Assembly (NCBI GenBank): GCA_031386685.1
Contig: JANNCQ010000085.1
Location: 8,241 to 72,240, forward strand
Length of the DNA: 64,000 nucleotides
Reading direction: 5' to 3'
DNA from: Candidatus Altimarinota bacterium
Lineage (GTDB): Bacteria > Patescibacteriota > Gracilibacteria > BD1-5 > UBA2023
The notes below the pieces were generated by a model. That model saw only the letters and a program-made list of their open reading frames with translations. It did not search any database and was not told the DNA's origin. The position numbers and the translations under genes are program-made. Of this stretch, positions 45,849 to 58,098 are shown piece by piece. The stretch's first letter is position 1; each line of letters opens with the position of its first letter.

Positions 45849-46178
45849 TTAATACTTTCTCTTCTTCGTTTTCGATGGAGTCTTCTTTTCTATCGTCTCT
45901 CTCGCAACTCGCAGAAGCATATCTCGATCACCTTCGAGCCATTCAGGATTTACGGCTGCTGTATTCTTGCTTCAAGGGTAAGCCCTAGTTTCTCTATCTT
46001 CGAAATATTCGATCGTCTCAGGGAAAGTCTTGAAAAACAGCGTATTATCGCAGACGAGGGCAAACATTCGATCTCCCGAGTATATCCCATATTCTCCAAA
46101 CATCGCTTTTGTATGAAGATATTGTATTCATTCAAGGCATTCGAGGAAGTACATGAGAGTATCTTTAGAGGTTGCCAT
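45849..46178 (-). CDS. TfoX N-terminal domain protein
   Basis: MATSKDTLMYFLECLEG...KAMFGEYGIYSGDRMFALVCDNTLFFK...AYPGSKN... 110 codons. Confidence 0.7.
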
Positions 46179-46587
46179 GATTTTTCTGATTATAGTGTTT
46201 GAGGAATTCTTGAATATTTGGATATGTTTTTAACTTTTTTGCTTCTTCAAGAGTAAAAAATCCTATCTCCATACATTCTTCAGAAGAAGTAAATTCGAAA
46301 TCATTTACTCTTGTTTCATAGAGCACATTTGCGATATTCCATCACTTCAGATTCGTACTTGTATAAAAATAACTTGGTACTTGAGAGATAGAAACGACTT
46401 CAAGTCACATTTCTTCCTTGATTTCACGTTTGAGACATTCTTGAAGATTTTCACCATAGTCCACTCATCCTCCAGGAAGTTCCCAGAGTTCATTCTCTTC
46501 TTTCACCAAGAGAAAGCTTCACTCATCATTATGAATAAGTGCTTTTACAGAGAGCCGATAGAAACAAGGTGGGATAGTATACTCCAT
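46165..46587 (-). CDS. Nudix hydrolase
   Basis: Nudix box GGGVDYGENLQECLKREIKEEMGLEV. 141 codons. The stop overlaps the tfoX start. Confidence 0.75.
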
Positions 46588-46599
46588 ATAAAAGAATTT

Positions 46600-46971
46600 C
46601 TATATGATCTTGCATGGTATGATGGCATCTTCATCGAATTGGTAGACGGCACAGAGTCTATGATATCCGTCAGCAATGACGACTTTCCCATTCACTTTAT
46701 CTCGTACGAGGAGAATTGGATCGAGTGGAGTACCTTTTTTGATTTTTTCTTTATCTCGTTTTATATGTCAGTTGCTTACTCAGAGAAGCGAGAGTCCTGA
46801 AGAGCGAAATATATCTTTCGCTTTATATTCTGTTTTTGGTACTTCACGGAGGTTCTTCACCATCTCATTTACTACTTTTTCCTCATATATTAGGGAAAGA
46901 TATGACCATGCTGCAGGATAGTCATGATCTGCAGGAAGTTCATTCCAGAGGATTTTCGTTTCTTTTTTCAT
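46600..46971 (-). CDS. ParB-like nuclease (ParB/sulfiredoxin fold) domain protein
   Basis: ...TPLDPILLVRDKVNGKVVIADGYHRLCAVY... ORF 46780..46971 reads through TGA to TAG at 46600-46602. Confidence 0.55.
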
Positions 46972-46993
46972 ATAACTATAAGATTACTATTTC

Positions 46994-48790
46994 TTAGTAT
47001 AGTATATTTTCTGTATTATCAAGATCTTTTTCTTCTACATCCTCTTCGATAAATCCGTCATGTTGGAGTTCGATGAGGTGACGGTATTTCTCACTCGACT
47101 GTATGAGCTCACTATGAGATCCACTCGCGATAACTTCACCACCCTCAAGCATATATATACGGTCGACATGCTGGATCGTCGAGAGACGATGAGCGATGAT
47201 GATGCTCGTACGACCTTCCATGAGCTTCTCGAGTGAGTCTTGGATGAGTCTCTCCGTCTCGGTATCGAGTGCACTCGTCGCTTCATCGAGGATGAGGATC
47301 TCAGGATCTGCGAGGATTGCTCGAGCTATAGCGATACGCTGTTTCTCTCCTCCAGAGAGCTTCAGTCCACGTTCACCGACCTCAGTATCCCAGCCACTTG
47401 GAAGTGAATCGATAAATTCGAGGATATTTGCGTCTTTAGCAGCTTTTCGTAGCTCTTTCTCGGTAATGCCATCTCTCACATATTCGAGATTATGTCTGAT
47501 CGATTCATTAAATAGTGTGGTATCCTGGAAGACACTGGCGAATCTCTGCCTATAACTTTCGAGAGTGAGACTTTCGATATTTTTTCCATCGATTTTTATA
47601 CTTCCATGAGTATATTCATAGAATCGCATAAGGAGTTGCACGATGGTCGATTTACCACTCCCTGTATGTCCGATCAGTGCTATCTTTTCTCATTTTTTCA
47701 CTTCGATATTCACTCATTTGAGTACTTCGCGAGTCGTCGATGGATAGATGAATCATACATTCTCGAATGTGAGAGATTTTTTGATTCCCTTGAATTCATC
47801 TGTTCCATTATCTGATTCCGGTTTCATCCTATAAAGAGCTTGAATTTTTTCATATCCAGCAATATGAACCATCATTTCTTGAGTGCCTCGAAATATTTCG
47901 AATATAGGTCAGTATATTTTTTCAGTAAAACTAATAAAAAAGAAGAGAGTACCTATATTGATCGTATCTTGAAGTAACAGGAATAATCCTCAAGTTATTG
48001 TTATTGCTTGAGATAAACTTATAATAAATCAGTCTACCCCATGAAAAATTACCCAGAGTTTTCGAATGTTATACTGTGCATCTTGAGCTTTTTTGAATCT
48101 TCATTCCAGTACCTTAGCTTCGTGGCTTTCTCTAGAAAATATCCGAACCACCTTCAAATTACTAAAGGAGTCACCTATCCTATTCCATAGACTATCCCAA
48201 TAATTATTTGCCACTCTTTGGTTCGTATACGCACTATTCCCAATTTTATATATTATGAGAAATGCAAAGGGAAGTAGTCAAAGTGAAATAAGAGTCATTT
48301 CCACATTTATGAATAAGCCTGAAATGATTAGTATAATAGCAACAGCAAATCTTGGTATAATCCATAACAGTACCTTATCTCCTATATCCCAAACGGCTTC
48401 TCAAGCTCGATCGAGAATCTTTTGTTTTTCGCCATGTTGAAGACTTATATGATAATCTATTGGAAGACGCATCATCATTCACATTGATTTGATGATAAAA
48501 TTAAACCAGTCTCTTTGCGTTCTTTCGAGAAGGTACATTCCATATATGTAACGTACTCATACTGTTGCTGAAATCATCAAAAACCATAAAAAAACTACGA
48601 GTATCAATCCATTATCTATTCCTCATACACTAGCTTTATTCTCTAGTGAGTCTACTAGGTACTTATAAAAGTATGGACTAGAAGCAAGAAGTCCTATATA
48701 AGTTATCATAAGAATACTTATTCAAATCCAGGCTCTTTTAACAAGGATAAGGTTTGAAACTATATTTTTTAGAGTTGAAAATCTTGTCAT
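46994..48790 (-). CDS. ABC transporter, fused permease/ATP-binding (MsbA-like exporter)
   Basis: Six-TM N-terminal half. Walker A GHTGSGKST, signature LSGGEKQRIAIARA, Walker B ILILDEATSALD. 599 codons. Stop TAA at 46994-46996. Confidence 0.9.
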
Positions 48791-49920
48791 AGTTTTTTGA
48801 TTATTTCAGGGAGTTGTTTGAGGTTTTTTTGTTCGAGGAGGATATCTCCATTTTTTTCATATTCTTTCGCATTCCAGAATTGGTGATTGTGGGCAGAGTA
48901 GGGAAGAGGGATGATGATTTTTCTTATGCTAAATGTATCGATCTCAGCAAGAGTCGTAGCACTTCCTCTTGTGATAGCGATATCTGTAGTTCTTAGTAGT
49001 GATACGATATCTTCTTGAGAGATCCAAGCGAGAGCTTGGACATTATCTATTTCTTTAAAATCATATTTCATTGATTCATTGAGCTTCCCAAGAGAGATAA
49101 TCCACTCATATTCACTATTTCAGTGGAACTCTTGGATGATTACTTCGAAAACCGATTTTGCTCACTGACTTCCACATATTACGAGGATATGGGGTTTATT
49201 GGTGCTCCATGTTACTCATCATTTTTCACCCTTATTACGAGTTATTGGAGAGAGCATTTTTCCGTCAAATACTCTTGAGAGTATCTGTCATACTACTTCG
49301 CACTTTTTTGGATTGAAATATTTTTTTGCACCTTCAAACCCGAGAAATATGATTCGAGCAAATTTAGAGAGGATTCTATTGGATCTTCCAGGAATAGTAT
49401 CGGACTCATGAATATAGAGAGGGATTCCGAGAGACCATCCTGCTATACCGACAGCGACGGATCAAGGTCATCACTTCGAGAAGATACACACTTCACCCCG
49501 ACCCTCTCCTCAAGGAGAGTGCGATTGTTTCTGTCATTTCGAGTGGAGCGAGATAGCTAGTACACCACTTGTGGGTGAATCTTGCTTAGTACTTTTAAGC
49601 AGGATGTCTCCTCTCGTCGACATGACGGAATAGAGAATTCTCCTTGCTTCGAATATTCATGCTATGAGCACAAGCGGATAGAGAAATATTTCTGGAGAAT
49701 TCGTTGTCCTCAGTTTCAGTGTAGGAATTGACTTAAACGGGATATTCTTTTTTTTTGCTTCAAATTCCTCATTGGAGTCCTTTCCTCATATCCAGAGAAG
49801 TTCCTTATCTCGGAGATCTTCTGTGAGTGAAAGAATCGGCTGTATGTGGCCGCCAGTACCTCATCCGACGAGGATGATTTTCTTATATTTCGAGAGTGTT
49901 TCAGTGAGTTTAGGATGCAT
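48769..49920 (-). CDS. murG: UDP-N-acetylglucosamine:LPS/lipid-I N-acetylglucosamine transferase MurG, carrying an in-frame repeat insertion
   Basis: MHPKLTETLSKYKKIILVGGGTGGHIQPILS...GGPGSVAVGIAGWSLGIPLYIHESDTIPGRSNR...ICGSQGAKS...ITRGSATTLAEI... 384 codons. Reads through TGA at 48787 to TAA at 48769-48771. Confidence 0.85.
49530..49627. mobile_element. S-family palindromic (MITE-like) element, in frame inside murG
   Basis: ctgtcatttcgagtggagcgaga...aggatgtctcctctcgtcgacatgacgg. Same termini as 45760..45837. Adjacent hairpin ctctcc-tcaa-ggagag at 49503-49518. Confidence 0.65.
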
Positions 49921-50477
49921 TAGAGAAGATATTTTTGAGATTTGATTATTGCGATGACACTGGCTCAGTGAGAGATTTTGGAATCCAGAGCAAGTTTTAG
50001 GGCTTCATCGTATGGGAGAGTTCATATATTGAGTATTTCTCACTCATCGGGTTTTGCTAGAGTTGTCTGCAGTCCTCTAGCTAGGAATATATAGTTCCTT
50101 GATTTTATAACGGAAGTGAATGGATCTATATATCAGAGATCGATCCACTCTTTTGCTCTATATCCTGTTTCTTCCTCGAGTTCTCTTTTTGCACAATCCA
50201 GAGGATTCTCGCCATCATCCATGCCGCCACTTACTACTTCGAGCGAATAATCATCAATAGCATAGGCAAATTCATTGGTAGTGATGATATTATTTTCTTT
50301 ATCTACAGCTATGACAGTCACACCATCTTTCATATCAATGATACCGAAAATTCCCTCTTTCCCTCCAGGTCGAATCACAGAATCTTCACGGACTGATATC
50401 CATGGATTTTCGTAGACTTTTTTTGTCGATATGAGTGTGAAGGGATTGATCATATAGAGGAAATAATATTCCTGCAT
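49920..50477 (-). CDS. Nudix hydrolase (ADP-ribose pyrophosphatase-like)
   Basis: ...VVSGGMDDGENPLDCAKRELEEETGY... Reads through TGA at 50133. The stop TAA overlaps the murG ATG (TAATG). Confidence 0.8.
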
Positions 50478-50498
50478 ACGCAGAAATGATGAGCCACA

Positions 50499-50975
50499 CT
50501 ATTCTTCGACTTCATCTTCACCGACGATTTTCTCGAGCATGTCGATGATGAAGTCATAGGTCTCGATATTGGGCTTCATGGAGAGGATATCATCGACTTC
50601 GAACCATCTGTAGTCATGGATCTCTTCTTTTTGAATCGTTTTTATCATATCTGACGTTTCCATAAGGAATACATATTCCGTACGGGATTTATCATGTCCT
50701 TCTTTATCGGTATAAGTGAGATCATAGATAGCGATAGGAAGGGGATGATGGATGAGCTTCTTCCCTCTATGGTGGAGGATTTCTTCACGATCGATCTCGA
50801 AAAACTTCGCCTGAAGTCCGAATTCTTCTCCTATCTCACGTATCATCGCATCGTGGAGTGATTCTCCAGATTCTACATGACCACCTGGGAGTACCCAGGA
50901 AGTATCGGGCTTATGCTGGGTGAGGAGGATCTGACCTTCAGGATTGAAGAGGAATGCGCGAACAACTTGTTTCAT
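50499..50975 (-). CDS. Nudix hydrolase
   Basis: ...WVLPGGHVESGESLHDAMIREIGEEFGL... Intact in the standard code. Stop TAG. Confidence 0.85.
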   Translation of the reverse strand: MKQVVRAFLFNPEGQILLTQHKPDTSWVLPGGHVESGESLHDAMIREIGEEFGLQAKFFEIDREEILHHRGKKLIHHPLPIAIYDLTYTDKEGHDKSRTEYVFLMETSDMIKTIQKEEIHDYRWFEVDDILSMKPNIETYDFIIDMLEKIVGEDEVEE

Positions 50976-51165
50976 AAAAATGGGAGGCTAGAAAGTATAC
51001 TTTATAATACACATATTTTTCTGAGTTCAAAATTAGAGAGTATTCACTCTATGAAAAATCTCTAGAGTGAGCCATTCTTCTATCTTTTTTGAGAAGCTTT
51101 ATAGCAGATTCTCGAGGGTTTATTGTTTTTTTTGATGGACTCAGGTGTATAGTCCCATAAAAAAA

Positions 51166-52266
51166 CTATACTATCTGATACCTCCCCATCTCATCCATCG
51201 TCACATATCCCTCTATTTCGAGCATCGCTATACTAGTGAGAAGATCGGTCATTTCTATGTTGGTTGCTTGGAGTAGGGAATCTACAGTATTACCTCATGC
51301 CTCTATTGCTTCATAGATGACTTTTTCTGATTCATTCGAGAATATTGGAGGCGTATTCACTATAGGCGTCATACCAGCACCGATGCTTGATATGTCGAAA
51401 TACTCTTCGAGTATATCTCAAGCAGATCGTACACATTTCGCCTGACCAGTAGCGATGAGCATATTTGTACCTTCGCTCGTCACCCGATCTATATCACCAG
51501 GTACCGCGAATACATCTCGGCCATGTTCGAGCGCGAGCTGAGCAGTGATGAGTGTGCCACTCGATAGTGCCGCCTCTGCTATGAGTATCCCACTCGATAG
51601 TGCTGCGACGATCTCATTGCGAATAGGAAAATTATAGAGCTCAGGTCCTATGCCGAGAGGAAAGTGCGATATGAGAGCTCATCCAGATGCGAGTATAGAT
51701 TCAAATAGCTTCTTATTCGCGGCAGGATAGCATCTATCTATCCCTGTCCCGAATACTGCTATCGTATATCCTCTGTTTTCGAGAGTGATCTCATGTCAGA
51801 GTGTATCGACTCCAGTAGCTCCACCACTGATGATTCCTACTCATGCGAGGATAATATCAGGAAGTATTTTTGCGAGGATCTTTCCTGCATAGGGGGTACT
51901 CTTCCTCGATCCGACGACCCCTATGAGAGGGATATCAGAACGTAGAGTTCATCGTATATAGAGAAATGCTGGAGCATGACCTATGGATTTGAGTCTTTCA
52001 GGATAGCCTCTATCCACGATAGATATGATTTGTATATCTTGTTCTTCGAGATATTTTTGTATTTTTATTTCATCGACTTTCTTATATTTCTCTTGTATTC
52101 TCGATTTCCTCTCATCTGGTATCTCCAGAGAGACATTATCCTCCTTTGTCTCTTTCCAGAGAGCTTCTGGTGAGAGAGTTCAGGCAAGAAGCATGTTCTT
52201 CAGCTCGAGATGAGTATATCATGATTCGAGGAGATAGGCAAGATGGAGATGAGTACTATCGAGCAT
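51166..52266 (-). CDS. dprA: DNA-processing protein DprA (Smf)
   Basis: ...LIGVVGSRKSTPYAGKI...IISGGATGVDTLGHE...GTGIDRCYPAANKKLFE...FPIRNEIVAALSSGILIAEAALSSGTLITAQLALEHGRDVFAVPGDI... 367 codons. Stop TAG at 51166-51168. Confidence 0.9.
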
Positions 52267-52975
52267 AGCGATTTTTGAAAAAATGATTGAGAAGATGTAC
52301 AGGATTATCTGTAGAAATCCCTGACACATATGCGATATTATTTTTTGAGAGGTACTCTTTTATCGTTCTTTGAGCTTGATTGAGAGATTCACTATATGAG
52401 ACTTCGTCGACGATACGAGATTCGCAGAGAGTATCGCTATATTTATCGGGATATGATTCATAGGGATGGAGCAAGTGGAGGAGTACTATATCATTGTGTT
52501 TTGCAAGTCAGGAGAGTCCTCTATAGTGGAGTATTTCGAGATCAGATGTGACTACTATAATAAGCTCCCTCATTATCTGATTTTCTCTGATTCTTTCAGA
52601 AGCTCATAATATACCCATATGAGTATATGTATTTTCGTTATAAGAATATCTATAATAATTGCTCGTATCTCGACAAGCAGTATTGAGCATATGGTAAAAA
52701 TTTATCTTCTTATCTCCATAGTTAAGAGAAAAATCCCAGCTTTCATCGTAAATTCCGACCAATCGAATCGAGATATTTATCATATCTTCTCGAGATTTAG
52801 TATAGAGGGATTCACTTTTTGCAGATTGTTTCCATGCTATATCCCGAGCATCATCGTAGGGAGTTGCAGGGTGGAGGGTATCATATTCACTTCATCGTGC
52901 TCTCATTTTCTTCTGAGATCCTATTCAGTTCTGTTTTTGATATTGCTTCGATCGGAAATGTATGATATGTGGCAT
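52256..52975 (-). CDS. DUF58 domain protein
   Basis: ...RGSEYDTLHPATPYDDARDIAWKQSAKSESLY...LIIVVTSDLE...HNDIVLLHLLHPYE... 240 codons. Its 3' end overlaps the dprA start by 11 nt. Confidence 0.65.
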
Positions 52976-52978
52976 ATA

Positions 52979-55627
52979 TTATGGAAGCTGATAGAATCCT
53001 CATCGGGAATACACGGTTCCAAGGTCCCTTGAGAGTATAGCCGGAAAAAGTATATCACACTCTTTTATAAGTGCTCAAAATGATATCTTATTTGCACAAG
53101 GACATTGTTCGCATATAGGTGTTGCTATTATGAGTCATTGAGTTTTTGCTTTTTCGAGTATACAGGCATTATTTTCGAGCCTTCCGAGAATTCCTATAAT
53201 CGTAGGACATCCATTGTCTTTTATTGTGCCTGATACAGTAGGACAAAGATCGTTCGCATCAGCTATCCCATCGCCGTCAGTATCTTTTGTCGCGATCCTC
53301 ACCGTCATACTTGACTCTGCTTTCTGTCCTTTGGCATCAGTCACAGATACTACTACAGTATATGTCCCTGGAGTATTAAATATATGAGAAGGAGATGATC
53401 CCCCTATGCTTGTAGGTGTTCCATCTCAGAAGTTCCAGCTATACGAGAGTGGTCACACTCAGAGAGCATAGCTCGAAAAATCTATACTTCCTCCTGCTCC
53501 TATGCTCAGAGTACTTGCTCCTATAGTTACTGAAGGAGGAAGAGTCCCTCCTATACCAATACCTCATCATCCACCTCCACCTGCTCCACCTCCACCACTA
53601 CTTCCACCTCCACCACTACTTCCTCCTCAACCAGATACTCATCCGCCATTTCCACCACCAGAACTCCCACCCCCTCCACCTGTTCCTCCCCCACCACTAC
53701 TTCCTCCTCCTGTACCTCATCCACTTCCATTCCCATTTCCTCCGACAGGAGGATTCCCCGCAAGAGTACTTCCATCTCAGATAGAGATCGTCGTAGAAGG
53801 ATGACTGAGGATAGTTCCACTTACTCGGTCTCGTATGAGAAGATCGACATTCCAGTTTCCTACTCCGAGGCTTCCTGATGGAAGTGTCCCCCCATTTCCA
53901 CTTATGACCCTTCCAGTCACGCTATCTACTGCAGTCCATGTATAAGTATAGTCTCCGGGATCTGAAGTACGAGGAGTGAGATTAAAACTCTGTCCACTAC
54001 TAAAACTACTTCATGGGAGTACTTTTCAGTCGGAACCTATGACTTGTATAGTACTTCAGAGAGTAGCAGTATTTCATCCAGTATTACCAGTATTTCCTCA
54101 TCAGATTATTCCAGGAAGTCCAGGATTTGTATTTATTCCAGGTTCGATTCATTTTGTATAATTATTGATATTGATTACTGGACATCACTTATTAGTCGAA
54201 GATCCAGAAATATTGGGACAGAGGTCATCTTTGTCCGTGACGCCATCGCCATCACTATCCTTATCTCCTGTCACTTCGATGATCACTTTTGTTTGTACGG
54301 TTTGACCATCTTTGTCTATGAGAGTCACACTTACTGTATATATCCCTGGAGTAGTATAGGAGTGACTTTTATCAGTTATATCTTTCGTATTGTTTCATGT
54401 AAGGACAGATGACTGTCTGATCCCATCTCAAAAATCCCACATATACGTCAGAGGTCATGACCCGAGAGCAAAACTCGAAAAGTCTATCGACCCACCTACA
54501 CCGACACTAAGCTTATTGACAGAAAGCATGATGGATGGATAGATTTTTCCATCGATAGAGCTATTTTTTTTATCACCACCATTACCTATAGGATCTATAC
54601 TTCATCATAGGAGTGACTTTCCATCAGTGATCAATATTGTCGTCGTCGGGGAGCTCACTCATCGATTGGTCGCTCTGTCAATGATATCGAGTTCTATACT
54701 CCAATCTCATGCTCAAAGTGTGCTCGATAATAGGCTCGGATCTGTCCCAGTGACGACTCGATTCGTCGCTCTATCTATAGCTGTCCACTCATATCGATAG
54801 TTACTTATTTCTGCGTCCATGAGCGGTACAATTCGAAATTTTTCTCCTAAAGCGAATACGCTCTTATTTATACGGTTTCCACTTTCTCAGAGAATGACGA
54901 GAGAGCTTGCGAGAGTATTTTCTATACCAGCTTTGGCACACTGATTATAATCAAACATTTTTGCCGCCATGATCACAAATTCTCCCCTCGTGATAGACTC
55001 ATCCGGGGCTATTGTATTATTTGCTTTCAATATGAGAATCCCTGCATTTATACCCTTTACAGCATATCCATACCAATAATCAGAGATATCATTTATAGTG
55101 ATGGTTTTTTTGAGTGTCTTATTGAGATCTTCATTCCAGAGATTTGCTTGACGAAGGAGCATCGCTGCTGCCTCCATACGTGTAGTCTTATTGTTTTGAC
55201 AGAAGGGAGTACTCTGGAATCTTCCTCCATCCTGACACGATACATTCCCGGTAGTATCGAGGGTATATCACTGCACGATCTTCTTATCGGCAGCATAGGC
55301 GATACAATAGTATACTGGATGAGTTTTACTCAGATCGACAAAAGGAGATATCGCATATGAAGCAATATCTCATGGAGTGGGAGTGATACATCGCCTACAG
55401 GATACACTTACAGAGAGTCCTACGAAGTCACCACGATCAATCGTATCTTCAGGTCGAAAAAGATGAGATCCGTCATCATAGAGTATATAGTTTTTATAGA
55501 GGGTTTCTATAGAAGAATAATATGGACTCGTCGTAGTGATATCAGTATAGGGGAGTGCTCCTGCAGAGACACTTCATCGTCCCAAAATAGAGAAAAAAAG
55601 AACGATGAAAAGGAGAAACTTTTTCAT
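52979..55627 (-). CDS. large secreted surface protein: signal peptide, two SLH-like repeats, PKD domains, thrombospondin-type-3-like Ca-binding repeats, Gly/Ser-rich linker
   Basis: An 883-codon frame was scanned codon by codon with no TAA/TAG. MKKFLLFIVLFFSILG...; ITRGEFVIMAAKMF; DKDSDGDGVTDKDDLCP and DTDGDGIADANDLCP; YSWNFGDGT (Gly = TGA at 53426-53428)...GTYTVVVSVTD. Confidence 0.8.
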
Positions 55628-55717
55628 AGTCCTGATTATAGCAAGATAGAGCGACTTTTCAAGAAAAAAAAATCCTAAATTACCTTATAACTTTACAAAT
55701 ATATATTTATACTTTTT

Positions 55718-57514
55718 CTACATCTCGCTTGGCATCTGTATGCCGAGAAGATCGAGTGATTTTTCGAGAGTCTTTGCAGTTTTTTCTACGAGTGCGAGGC
55801 GAAATGCTTTGAGATTTTGATCTACTTCTTCGAGGATCTTGGGTGTATGTACATAAAAGCTATTGAATTCTCAGGCAAGATCATAGGCATAGAGTGCGAG
55901 ATGATGGGGCTTATAGGTATGAGCGGTCACATCGAGAGCTTCCTCAAAATGTGAGAGTACTTGCACGAGAGTTTTATCATAAGATGTAAGGATCAGACCT
56001 TCATCATTACGAGTTATATCTGTTCATCCAGCAGTGCTGATCTTTCTCGCTCTTACAAATGCATATTGTATGTATGGTCATGAGTGTCATTCGAAGTTTA
56101 GTGCTTTATCCCAATCGAATACCACATCTTTCTCACGATCTTGTGTCAGATAAGAGTATTTGATAGCACCTATGGTGATTGCTTTTATATCAGCTTCCGA
56201 AAGACTCATTTCTCATATTCTTCACTTCTCTTCGAGAAGCTTTTTCGTACGCTCGAATCCTTCTTCGAGAAGTGTTTCGAGGAATATCACGGTTCCATGG
56301 CGTGTCGACATTGCTCCTTCTTTGAGCTTGATGAAGCCATTATAAGCATGGAATATCTCGACTTCGTGAGTGAGCTCTGGCCATGCTGCTTTCGCAATCC
56401 AGAAAGCCTGTTTCAGATGAAGTTGCTGACGCACATCGACTGAGTAGATGATCTTCGATGGATGCCATCCATTCGTGAGGCGATACTTGATCGCTGCGAG
56501 ATCACTCGTGAGATAGAGTCCTGTACCGTCTTTTTTCTGGAGGATACATGAGGGGAGCTTCGACTCTTCCGGAAATACTACCCCGACACTCATATCTTCA
56601 CCATTCGAGGCGATAGAGTTATCGGTGGCTATCCCTTTCTCTATGAGTTCTTTCACGATATCTTTCATAGTATACTCGAGATCTGGGTAGTCTTCATCAT
56701 TCGGGCGAGGAAGTCAGATGCCTTCATAGAAACTCTCACCGATGTTATATGTCGCATGAACATTGAGGATATCGAGCTTCTTTTCTATTTCTGTTATGGA
56801 AATACTGGTAATCTTTTTCCAGAGTTCACCACTTTCCTTTTCTCCTAGAGAGAGTTGCTTGAATTCTTCACGACATTGATTATCAAAAACATCTTTTCAT
56901 TCTGACTTTTCTGTCTCAATTTGCTTTGTTGCTTTTTGATAGAGGGAAAGAAGATATTCAACTCATTTTTGATCAATCTGATTTATGAAGGATTCGATAT
57001 TATTATTGTTTGAGAGCTTTCCTGCAGCAATAATTCTTCAGAAAATTCCTCCCCAATCACCAAAATGGGAATCTCCGATCACGCGATACCCAAGATGACG
57101 ATATACATTACAGATGACTTGCCCGATTGATGGAGTACATATGTGTGCTATATGAAGGGGTTTGCCGGCATTTGCCCCAATATAGTCCACTATGATACTC
57201 GTATCTTGGCTTTGGCGTATCTGTGGCTCTTCGAGTTCTGAGAAAAGTCAGATCCAGACGATATCAGTGAGGAAGAAATTCACATATCCACCCGTCGCAC
57301 TCGTACTTCGAAATATCTCACTATACTTCGCGAGTTCAGTACTAATAGACTCCGCGATGACGGTAGGCACGATCTTCGCATCTTTCGCGAGAGGGAAGAC
57401 ATTGATACAGTATTCTCCGAGTTCTGGTTTTGGTGCAGGAGTGATCTCAGGTATGAATTCGCTCGAATAGAGAGAGCTTATCACTTCTTGGATAATGGTT
57501 TGGATATTTTGCAT
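55718..57514 (-). CDS. argS: arginine--tRNA ligase
   Basis: N-terminus MQNIQTIIQEV... Catalytic and anticodon-binding regions ...VDVRQQLHLKQAFWIAKA...GTVIFLETLLEE...YIQYAFVRARKI...; ends ...PSEM. 599 codons. Confidence 0.9.
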
Positions 57515-57558
57515 GGATTTGAGTATAGGAAAAAGTCGAAAAAAAGAAATACTGCGAT

Positions 57559-58086
57559 TTATTTTGTGAGCTCAGTGAGTATTATTTTGGTGATCTCCTC
57601 TGTACTCTCTCTAGAAGTATCAAATATAAGGGAATTATCAGGAAAGAAGAAAGGTTTTTTCATATTTTCTCGAAAAAGATATTCATCAGTCACACTTATC
57701 CGAGTGCTTCACTCAGCTTTTGCTTGTATCACTCGTTCTCTGAATCTCTCGATACGGATCTCTTCAGGGCACTGGAGTTCTATCGTGATTATTTTATACC
57801 CATTGGTTATAGCTTTTTGGCAGAGGTCAGTATACTGCGCCTCTTCACGGAAGAAGCTATCAGTGATACAGGGGATATTTTTCTCGAAGAGGACTCATAA
57901 GAATCAAGACAGGATATCTCGAACTGTCTCGATATCTTTATCTCTATGATATCCAGAGAGATTCCATTTGATACTATCGAAGCCGATATGATAGTATCCT
58001 GGGAGATACTTCTGGAGTTCTTTTCGGAGAGTCGACTTCCCAGAACAGGAGTGACCTGTGATGATAATTATATAGGGATGATCCAT
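57559..58086 (-). CDS. P-loop NTPase / AAA-family kinase-like protein
   Basis: MDHPYIIIITGHSCSGKSTLRKEL (Walker A). 176 codons through two TGA. Confidence 0.6.
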
Positions 58087-58098
58087 AAGTATGAAAAG

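Noticed and set aside
53502-53804. Proline-rich 100-aa ORF (PPPPAPPPPLLPPPP...).
   Set aside because: It is the reverse complement of the Gly/Ser-rich linker of the 882-aa surface protein. The minus-strand frame is continuous with flanking PKD domains.
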